A DNA stretch of 64,000 nt, from positions 1 through 64,000 of the forward strand of contig NW_026939229.1 in the NCBI RefSeq assembly GCF_032062105.1, written 5' to 3'. A program made the position numbers and the translations under genes. Positions 27,601-38,619 of this stretch are shown here, one piece after another (position 1 is the stretch's first letter; each line of letters opens with the position of its first letter). This DNA comes from Saccostrea cucullata (Eukaryota). The notes under the pieces are model-generated. The model worked only from the letters and a program-made list of their open reading frames with translations, was not told the DNA's origin and did no database searches.

Positions 27601-28745
27601 GCTTTTTCACAGATGAATTTTTAACTTAATTTAAGATGCCTGTAATATAAGTAGTATGATCAAAGGGACACATATTTCACCTGCTTTCAATAATTGTTTT
27701 TTTTCCTTTAAAGATGTAAAGAAATTTAAGAGTGGGCAGATTTTTATTTACTATAAGCATGATATTTCATGCATATGCCTCCAAAGAAAAATGGCATTCG
27801 TGCATGGATGGAATAAGACTGTGATAGAATCGGACAATCAAATGAAATATTTAATTCTTAACCCTAAATGAATAATAAAAGAGAAATCATTAGAATGAAA
27901 AATGGGAATAACGAACTGTAATCAAGCTCGAATGTCCTTTGGGACATCCTTAAAGGCTGGTATACTGAGGTTTCCTGTTCATGTAAATTGAAACCTAAGG
28001 TATTCGTAAAGGGTAAGAAAGAATGCCTTGAGGGATTGAAACTATAAGGAATATGAATTTCGTACTTTTCTTTTTTTTTATATATTGCATCATTTATTAA
28101 ATGACTGTCGTATTATACTTATTCTCGTGTAGCTTATCTGATTACGATTTGATTGGCTGATCTGAATATGAGATTTTGATCAGAAAAATCTTTTCAGTTT
28201 CAGTTTACAATTAATAATGAATTTTAAAAAAATAGAGATGAATAATGGAATGCATTTATTCAGTATAAAATCAAAATAAAAACGTGTCATTTGATACAAA
28301 TGAACTAAGTAATCAAACTCACAAAAATTATAAAACAGACTGACATTAAGAACATAAATTTAACATAAATTGGCTTCTAAGAAATCAATGTTAAACAGAA
28401 AGGTTACATAAATAGTTCTTTCTCATAGCTACTATACAATAGACGGCTTCAATCAATACCTAATATGCTTTAATATTAGTTGCACAAAATGACAAAAAAG
28501 TGAATATCAATTAAAAATAAAAATTCTAAAGTCATACTAACATAAGAAAAATAAGACAACATTTAAATACATTACATCGTAAATGGTAACACAGCCATTC
28601 AATGGCGTCGATGTACATATTTGTTCTTAGAAGTCGTAACCAACTCTCAAATGGGAAACCGGTTTGGTCGAGGTTTCTTATTCCTTGTATTCTAAAAATT
28701 ACTTTATTTCTTTTATAGGGAAGTTTGTATTATTCTTACAAAGTT

Positions 28746-31700
28746 TTACTTTGTTTGACTTTTCTCTGTGGTACCCTGAGAAAATTCAACAGGTGAACCA
28801 TAACCTTGTGGTTGTCCATAGCCTTGTCCATATTGCTGTGGTTGTCCGTAACCTTGTCCGTATTGCTGTTGTTGTCCGTAACTTGGAGGTGGCCCATAGG
28901 TTTGTTGTCCAGTCTGTTGTTGTTGTTGTCCGTAGGTAACCATTGGTGGTGGCACCTGTCTCCTTCGTCTGCCTGCAAGAAATAAAATGTCGGTTTTTTT
29001 TTTTTTTTTTTTTTTTTTGGTTAAAATGTACAATGTGACTTCTAAATCAACAACTAAATGCACTTCGTATCCCATTTTCAAGGATTTTGATGACCCGAAT
29101 AAAAATCATCCATTATGCTTCAACAATTAGCCAAACAATAAATACAGATAGAATGACCTATCTTTGTTTGAAATTTAGGTCAGGAAAATATTGAAACATA
29201 AACTAGCAATATAAATAATCCAACGGATAAATGAAGATTTAATTCGAATTTGGAAATTCTATGCAGCCGTTCATACTTTCGATACATATATCATACATTT
29301 TCATGGTGAAAAACACAGTAGAGGTCCGTGCTTAACATAACATATACAGCAGATTCTGTCATATCATTTACAATAAACATTCATTCTAATAGCAAGATAT
29401 AAATTTTATTCATGGTAACATACAGCAGACGTTCATTATACTTCCTATAAAATTAACATCAGTTAATCATACTTACGGTTATATATATTCTGTTACACCT
29501 GTAACCAGCATATGCATGATATGTAGATAAGATAGGAAACTTACGGTAACATACACTGCTCAGACTGTTATACTTACTGTATAATTTACAACAATCATAC
29601 TTACGGTAACATACACTGTATATTATAAACAACCATACTTACATACATGGTAAGACACAAAACTTACGGTAACAGATACAACAGACGATGCAGCTAATTA
29701 TGAGAACCACTCCACCAACTATGGGTCCGACGATTGTTCTATAATGATAATAATAATGTTACTGTTTTTACATCTAATTAAACGGTTTTTGTTTTCAAAT
29801 CAAGAACATAAATATTTTACTTCTTAATTCTTAAACTCTTAATTAATTTTCAATTCTTTTTACTCATCAGGTACTTGTGATTTATAAAATAATGTTATCT
29901 CATCGCAAAGGCAATCTGATTAAGGACAGATGATACAAAGATATGTTTTCTTTGGAGGAGACTTAAGTATAAGTGAAAATTTTAGCGAGACGCAAATTTT
30001 AAGATTTTTTGAAAACAATTGGTTTTAATTCTTAGCGAGATGCAATCTTGGCGATTTTAAAAAGCTCACTAAAGAAGCTGTTACCAATAAAGTGAAATTA
30101 TTTTTTAGCGACATTCAATTTTAGCAATTTTGGCACCCTCGCTAATAATACCAAAATTAAATCCTCGCTAAAAATTCTACTTATACGGAATCATGTCACA
30201 GGTTTAGAAAAGTGGACAATTCTTCATGTTAGAGCCCCCCCCCCCCCTCTAAGAACTTGGAAATGAAAGAGACTTAAAAAGACTGAAAGAAATAAAATAT
30301 CAGTAACGTTTCAATAAAATACAGGTGAAAACAATCAGAATAGGTAAGCTTGGTGCTAAAGATGTAATATAAACTTTTTTTAAAAAACATATGTAGCAAG
30401 TCAAGTGAATTTTAATTGGAAAACAAAATAAAAAAAAAAAATCAGAAAAAATGCATCTTAGACTGATTCTCACCATTTTGCTTTTCCCATTGAAATTCAC
30501 CTGACTTGGTTTTTTATCTAATGTTTCTCAAATGATTTTAATCAAATTACAGCAAAGGCGCTTGTCGAAGTTAAAATAACGCAATTTTATGTGTTCGTTT
30601 GTAGGTCATTAACTTTTCACAAGATTTAATGTCGTATAGCCTTGAATACAGTTCATTTTTTATATCAACGAGTTTAAGGGTCATTGATACTCTGATAAGA
30701 GAGATAACTCTTAATGACAGAAATGCTTATTATTCCTTTAAAGATTTGTCATGTTGAAGTGTCTTGTTTGTCCAATTGAGCCCCGCAAGCTATGCTATAA
30801 TTGTTTGTATTTTACTTATAAAATACATTTCTTTTGGAAAATCATTGAAGTTCAAGCAACATTTTATATGAGTGAGCAGACAGTTTATCAACCTTAAGTT
30901 TTAGGAGGCTGAATTAGAAAACAAATACCCACAAAACATGCATATATAATTCTATATTTTCATTTCGTAAAACGCGAAGAAAAATACATGTTATCCCGTC
31001 CCTTTTCGGGGCTCATTTAGAAAGATTTCTATGAAGTTACTGAAGTGTCCTCGGAGAAATAATATTTCTAAAGTAAAATAATTTCTTCTCAACACAATTT
31101 AGTTAACATACAGGTACTTAAGATGAAACACCTTAATCCCTTACCCTCATCTTCGTAAGCCAAGGGTTTCTGATAAGCTACTCTCCTCATAAGCTATGAG
31201 GAGAGTAGCGAATCAGAAACCCTTGGCTAGCAAAAATGCCCTTACCCTATGCTGATGCAGTTGATGGTACCGGTACAGACTTACCCTTTGCTGATGAAGT
31301 TGATTGTACTGGTACAGACTTACCCTATGCTGATGCAGTTGATGGTACCGGTACAGACTTACCCTACGCTGATGCAGTTGATGCTACCGGTACAGACTTA
31401 CCCTATGCTGATGCAGTTGATGGTACAGGTACAGACTTAACTTATGCTGATGCAGTTGATTGTACTGGTACAGACTTACCCTATGCTGATGCAGTTTATG
31501 GTACCGGTACAGACTTACCCTGTGCTGATGCAGTTTATGATACCGGTACAAACTTGCCCTATGCTGATGCAGTTGATGGTACAGGTACAGACTTAACCTA
31601 TGCTGATGCAGTTTATTGTACCGGTACAGACTTACCCTATGCTGATGCAGTTGATGGTACCGGTACAGACTGACCCCCAGGGACAGCAGTAAATAGAACC

Positions 31701-33806
31701 CGTACAGCAGTGGTAGTTAGACAGAGGACACTGGCTATCCGAGTAACATGCCTGGTAACCTGGAATACAAATAACAGGTTGATTAGTGATTGATTCCTTG
31801 TTCACATGGTCTATCTTTTTGGTCAATTTTCCATTCAGTTTCTTTTTAAACAGTCGGGGTTCTTCTGTTTTAAAATAAACATAGCATTTTGATGGCAGCT
31901 TAGAAGCTGGGTAGACTTCCGACTCTAACTTTCTACTTCAAATTACATTTTCAATTTCCAAAACATAATTATCATAAACATATAGAATTAACCGGAGTAA
32001 CATCATGATAACCCAAAAGTATTAGGAGAAAGGCACAGCTTGATGGAAAGTAGGCTTGTGATGTTTAAAAAAACTAAGGATATGCTGGATAGTTTTTTTT
32101 AAATAAAGCTTTTCATTTCTATTATCAGTGTTCTTTTTATGTAATAATATTCCACTATCACCTGGTTCCGGTTTCTATGCCTCCAAAGTAAATTCGCTAC
32201 TGTAACAAAAGAGCTTTCTCTAAGTTCGATCTATTTTTAAAGCAAGATAGGCCATCCACATATAAGTTGAATAAAAATATAAAAAGGATTTTGACAGCCT
32301 CGTTTGAAGTTAGCATCGATTTCATAAATGTTATGGTCCTTGTAATGACCTTGTCAGCAAAAACATGTTTAACCTATCATTGAATCGTATTTTGGCCGAC
32401 TTAATTTGTTTCATACAAATCGTAAGCCCTTTGTTTTTATACTGATTTGACTACGTATAGTTGCATCTACGCGAACAATACATAGCAGTTATGACAAGCA
32501 TGGCCGGTAAACAGGGCATATTTACTCATCCTAGGCATCTGATCTAATTTTCTGAAATTTTCAGAGGTCACCATTTTATGCCTTCTTTACATATCTGTAC
32601 ATATATATTGTTCATTGACAATTTAAGATCGATTTCTATTCCTTTTTTAATTTTTAAATTTTATCATTTCTGTGGTTTAATATACAATGATTTTTTTTAT
32701 TATGAAAGTATTTCACAGTCATTTTCTTCATGCAAAATTAAGATTGCTTTAAAATTTACTCAAAAGAATTTTATCTAGAAATACAACTTGTTTATTGTTG
32801 CGTGTTATTTTTTTCATAAATACTTTGATTGTTGATTTGTTGTTAATTTCGTGATATTTTACTTTAAATGGTAAAAGAAAACGCAGAATATAATTTAAAG
32901 ATGTTGAAATTTATACTCCTTAATTGAAAATCTAAAGGTATATTTTTTGGCAAGCAGACGTCTGTCTATCTGTTTGTCTCTTTGTCCGTAAATACATGAA
33001 CATTGACCATATTTTTTTCATTTTATAGCTTTCAGATTTCAAAGGTGTATCCCTTTTTCATTTTAAGCCTCTGAATATGATTTAAAATTCATTGAAGTTA
33101 TAGAAACGGTCTTTTAAAACTTGATATTTTACCCTTATAAAGTACAAAAAATAAAAGCATTTCTGTAGTAATGGAATTTCTTATAATCTAGTCTTTGATA
33201 CCAATTTTTATTGACCGATTTTCAATTAGAAATTGTATAGCTGAATTCACAAGACACTATTTACCCATTGTATTACTTCATTTTATTATTAGAGTTTATC
33301 ATACTTTATGGGGAATATTATTAAACCTCAAATATATTTGAAGAAAATGCGAATCAAAGTATTTTTGTGAGCGTTCTCAATTACCCAATTCTCGATTTTC
33401 AGGATCTTAGCATTGGAGTATCTTAACATTCATAATTTTCTACCTTCAAATTGTCGTCTATTAAATCGGGTAAAACTTGTTAACTAATTAAATTTATTTT
33501 ACCACGAAGAAAGCATTTACGAAGAAATCTACAAATGCATGCAGTTATTTTTACTTGCAATTAATCAGAGGAAAATGCATCTTGAAAATAATTGACCCCT
33601 TTCCCCACTTTCTGACTTCGAAAGATAAAAATCTATTAATTGCTTTTCAATTACAAGTTATCGAGAATTTATCACATCTTTAAATCTGCTTGGTTAAGAC
33701 GAATAAAATTTAAAAAAGGATTATCTATGTTACATAACTACCTACCAAGAACAAGAGAAATCTGCAAAACAATTCCAACGAGAAGAAAATAAAATTTATC
33801 CGCCAT
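28746..33806 (-). CDS. ~160-aa single-pass membrane protein with an 8-Cys granulin-like ectodomain and a PPxY, Q/G/Y-rich tail (Shisa/WBP1/CYYR1-like architecture)
   Basis: Four phase-compatible exons: 33806-33746 ([20 protein letters not shown], phase 1), 31759-31636 ([42 protein letters not shown], phase 2), 29738-29668 ([23 protein letters not shown], phase 1), 28972-28746 ([31 protein letters not shown]). All junctions are GT-AG. Confidence 0.85.
31148..31238. mobile_element. 91-bp foldback MITE with a 10-bp target-site duplication (Mutator-like TSD length)
   Basis: Hairpin AGCCAAGGGTTTCTGAT..CTACTCTCCTCATA/TATGAGGAGAGTAG..ATCAGAAACCCTTGGCT, flanked by CCCTTACCCT at 31138-31147 and 31239-31248. 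Confidence 0.8.
31241..31669 (-). repeat. Minisatellite, 11 x 39 bp, made of the last 34 nt of exon 2 plus the GTAAG donor
   Basis: Units start at 31241, 31280 ... 31631. Minus-strand unit is TCTGTACCGGTACCATCAACTGCATCAGCATAGG|GTAAG. Confidence 0.95.
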
Positions 33807-33905
33807 GTTGTTCACAGTGCCCGGGACCTGATACAAATGACATGGTTGTGAGGGAATATTATCGGCTCTCCCTTATCAGTTCATTCCAACACACTGGACA
33901 TATTA

Positions 33906-33915
33906 GGAAAGCCCC
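33906..33915 (-). promoter_or_regulatory. Candidate NF-kB site upstream of the granulin-like membrane protein gene
   Basis: GGGGCTTTCC fits GGGRNYYYCC and lies 100 bp upstream of the ATG. GATA motifs (TGATAAG) occur near 33872 and 34050. Confidence 0.35.
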
Positions 33916-36582
33916 TTTGTTTGTCATCATTGGGGGATATGGTATTTCGAAATTCTCTGATGGCATTTTGAAAAAGGGGAGCGACCTATATATAGGTTAC
34001 TACGTTTTTCTTTATCAATAGATTATTTACTTTTTTCTTACCATAAAGCAATGTAAACATCGTAATTTTTTATCTCGTACTTAATTTATATTTCAAGTAT
34101 ACGGACTATTGATGTGCCTGTGCGTCTTTTAGTTTATCTACCTGAATATTCGTTATATTTCTTCTCTTGTCCCAACATAAAATTAAATCACAGTCAGACA
34201 ACGACACCCCCTACCTAACCCTCCCCCATACACACACACCCTCATCCTCTCACACACATTAATTATGAAGTACAAGCATCTTAAAGGGCATATGCTTACG
34301 AAAACCTCAAAACTAAAGTTAAGTTTAAAAGTATTTCAGACAAAATTAATCAAAGGAAAGTGATTCAGATAAATTCCTTTCAAGAGTTACCTGGATATAA
34401 AGGTCAATAATCAGTGTAAACAACAAGCTTGAACAAAAAACTTTACTTGGTCTATAGCATTGAGTAAAAGAAATACGAAACTCAAACATGTCATTATATA
34501 TTGCACAACAAATGTTTTTAGAATATAATTTATGATTTTTAAATATTGAAAATCTTATTTATTGCCTCTTATCAATTCATATTACCACCGGGTGTCTTAA
34601 GGAAGGAGACCCCATGTTTTTCTTCTGAGAGTTTTTGATACTCAGACATCATGGTAGGTCTCTATTCTTTGTAAAATAAAATAATTATGTGCACATGAAA
34701 AGGAGTTGAGAAATATGATGTAAATTAAACTGAGCTTTAAAAATTTAGATGAATAAAATAATATCCATGAATTCAAACGAAAAATTATCGAATCATTCAT
34801 TTTCCTAGTACCCAAAAATTTTCCATTTTTTTTAATTCTATCAAATGAATACCATTTGATTTTTTTAAATATAGATTTAATCTCTATAAGAGACCCAGCT
34901 TGCACAAGCAACCAGACATGAGTACAAACATTATTTTAATAGAATGGATGCTGGGAAGTAAGTTTGAATTAAAATCTTATTTGAATGAGCATTCAGGCAC
35001 GTAGCAACAGGGGGCCAGGAAAAGGCCTACCCCCCCCCCCCGACTTTTTTCCATTATTTAAACATTACTTATACTATATGAAATCGTTGAAAGGCTGGTT
35101 AGCCCCACAATTGTTTGTGATATAAGGAAAATGCAGTGTAAAACATTGGTACTGAAAAAAATGGCTTTGAAAAAAGGTTGCCTTCTACCCAAGATCCTTT
35201 CTCTATTATCAAGAAATACCGACAAGAGAGAAAAAGCCCATGTGCTATTTTGACGCATGTACAAAAGACCTATATTTATTCTACATAGGAGATATCAATT
35301 TATGACACAGGCATAATTTGGAAATGATACATGTAAGAAAACTAATTTTAGTTTGATTCAAATAAACAGAAAATTTTAAAAAGAAAATTTCTTCTTTATC
35401 TTTACATATGATTAAGTACCAAAAAATAGTAAAGCCATTGATGTGATAATACTTGCATGATGGAGAAGAAAAATAATAATATAATTTTTAAAATGTATTC
35501 TCCTTTTTCAGAGGAGATTTGTAATTATTTCATGCATAATCATCAAACTAACCCTGGCCTGTTATCTATCACCAATGTCTGAATTTTTAAGAAATTTGTT
35601 TTTTATCCTACATCTGGAAATCGATGCTATGCTCGTAGTTCATTTTCTAAGGAATCAGATTAACTTAATCTAAATCACGGGTCAATTTTTCAATACTTAA
35701 ACATTTAAGTCAGTAAGGTAACTTTTCTCATTATATCCATTATAGATGCCTAGTTACCTTCCCAAAAATCCTTACAAATAAGAAACCTAACCAGGTTCAG
35801 CAAATTAGCTACCTATTACCTATACCTAACTTTAAAAAACATTAACTGCTGTAAAGGACAAATATCAGACGTACTGTTTTACAACACAATCCAGAAGTGT
35901 TGTAAATCAGATGAATTCTCCAAAACATTAAAAAAATTAAAGCAAAACACATACTATATATGTATGCATTTATTATTTTGCGATAAATTTCTAAATAGAA
36001 GTATGCTTTTGATATCAAAGACGATTTGCTTCTTCAATAAAAATAGAGGTTTAAAATTTTATACCTTGTGATTAGTCATCAATAAAATGATTTCCTTAAA
36101 ACCACTCTGACTCTACACACAAGTACTCTGATGTTAATGTTAGAAGGAAGAGACTGGAATCCCCCATTGACAACATTTTTGCAGTTTTTGGCGAATAGAC
36201 GTTCAAACAAACTGTTAGAATTCGGTTTTGAAAAAAATAATAACAAAGAAAAATAAAAATGATAATACTCTTATAATAAGGTTTTACAATTTTTATATTA
36301 ATTGTATAAAATCAATAAGTATGCTTACATGAAGATCTGTGGTTCAAAATACAAATAATTGATGTATATCAAAAAATATATAATACAATTTAACCTATAT
36401 ACTTTGAAACCATGAACCGCAAAAATTACAAAAATGTTTTCCTATTTAAATGCCAACCATGTACAAACATGTATTGTATTTGTTAATAGTTAGGTTGACC
36501 TATCTACCTACAGTTATATCATTTGTATAACTCGCAGACCACTACGATGTAACATTTTAAAATTTTTCTTCAGCGGTTGTGT

Positions 36583-38619
36583 TTATATATTTCCGTATAA
36601 TTGTCCTTTAACCCATCTTTTTCTAATATTTGTAGCTTCCTGTATTCCATGGTATAGTTCCTGTTTGAGTGACTCTTCAAAGGACTTTAAAGCTTCCTGT
36701 AAATCTCCCACAGCATGTTGACAGATCCCTAGTATCTGCCAGTGTATATCTCGGAGTTCAAAAGGCACATATGTCCCGTCATCATAGAGCAGCAGTGTCT
36801 GTAGGTCTGTCAGTGACTGTAAACACTGAGATCTATTACCCAATCTATATTGAGATAACACAGACAACATCTCTACTATTATAAACGGTGATAAAAATAA
36901 GAACGGAAATCGATTTTGTTGGTTAACACTTTGTTCTAAACTTAATTCTACAATACATGAAATCTTATTATATATTCTCACAGTGTCTACCCAGGCTGTA
37001 TTCATCCTTCTGGACAAAGACAGTTTACCTAGAGCTTCGTTATACCTTAGCCTATCCACTTTATAAAATTCATACATAATAAAGTCCTGTGACATTCTTT
37101 CTTTAGAGAGATAAGTGATATGTAGTGTTTCAACGTATCTCCCAGTCCTGTAGAAATACAGTGCTAAATATAATAAATGAGACAAGGGGCCCAGTTTTGC
37201 TGCAAGTTTCAGCATGTTACAAATCATTCTATCTATGATATATACATTTTTATGTTTGTCAAATAAAGTACTGTTTGCCATTTTGAAGGCTAAATTAACG
37301 AGAGTACTTGCGGTACAGAACTGTAATGTTAATAACTGACTTGATAATCGTGATAGTTTATCAATTGATATCAAATGGAGGTAACAGTCAGATGTCTCTC
37401 TAATAGAAAATGGGAGGCTGAATATCTCACTCCGGCCACACACATCAATATCAGTGATATTCTCAGTAAAAGATAATAAATTGGAAGGGCTACACAGAGC
37501 TGGTTCTAAGATTGATCTGAGAGTCGGACTCAGCAGTAGACTGGACACGTCCATTCTGTAATACTGATAAAGCTGTTGTAAAAGAGATTCACGTGTATCG
37601 CCATTTAGTTTGTTCATAATCATGTTATGTGGAATAAAAAAAATTAGGAAACATTCCACGATAAACGGAAAGAACGAGAAATTTGTAACATTTCCAAAAG
37701 CAATCGAGTAAATTGTTTGGGTGCCATTTAGCGTTTCCGAATTGCATCATCCAGAACATTGTGATCTTCATGTAATATGAACATAGTATTGTCTCTTTTC
37801 GGTAATTCATAACTTCCTTCAGAAATATTTTCAGAAGACCATAACATAGAAATTGTGTATGATTCATGGTACACACTAGTTGGTGTTCGGCTTGAGAAAA
37901 CGATAACCTCCATTCTAATTAGTTATAAGCCGAAACCATTTTACTTCCAACAGGCATACAGTGACATCCATTTCTCAGAATTTTTTCTAACACAGGTACA
38001 GGCGGCCAAGCATGTCTTTGGCATCTTTCCATCAAACTTCTTAAGAATTTTCTGCTGCTAATAGCGGCAAAACAAATAGCATAATCATTTTCAAAAGATT
38101 TAAAAAAAACTATTTGTACAAGGGCCATGAATGGTGAAATTTGTGTGGAAGGAAAAAGACCTGTTATTCCTATAAACACGAAAAACGTTTTCCATGAATA
38201 TATAACTAGATAAGTAAATCCCGCCATTAAAAGCAATAAGACATGGTTTCACAAAAATGGGTTGTTTATGTACGGGTGTCAGAAGACGTAGTCTGACAAA
38301 TCCTGGTGGTGTGTCAGAATCCTCCATAAGAAATACATGATTTTTTTTATGTATTGTTAATTCAGAAATGGGAGATGTCAGTTATTAATTCATAATTACA
38401 ACTCCAGAACATCGTGTCCCTGTCAGATGATCTCAACCTAAATCCATCTCTATAACTGCCACTTCTCATCACAACACTGCCTCTATGATTATTAACAGCT
38501 TTCGTTATCATCTCATCCATGTCCTTTACATCCCTTCTGATGGCCACTTCAGTCGATGTCCCTATTTTACGACACAGACCGACATACAGGACCTCTGATG
38601 GATGGGGAATGGGATCCAT
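36583..38619 (-). pseudogene. cGLR paralogue B, full length but disrupted in its N-terminal half
   Basis: Collinear with 54796-56847 (MDPIPHPSEVLYVGLC..SGSYRDGFRLRSSDRD). Stops at 38362, ~38347 and 37919; frameshifts at ~38341, ~38101 and ~37640. The C-terminal ~1 kb remains open. Confidence 0.9.

Noticed and set aside
31241-31669. CRISPR-like regular array
   Set aside because: The units are contiguous with no unique spacers, there are no cas genes, and the context is eukaryotic.
31236-31673. 145-aa plus-strand repeat ORF ([13 protein letters not shown])n resembling an ice-nucleation or adhesin repeat
   Set aside because: It is the antisense reading of the 39-bp exon-end array. It is open only because the unit is a multiple of 3, and its ATG comes from the MITE end.
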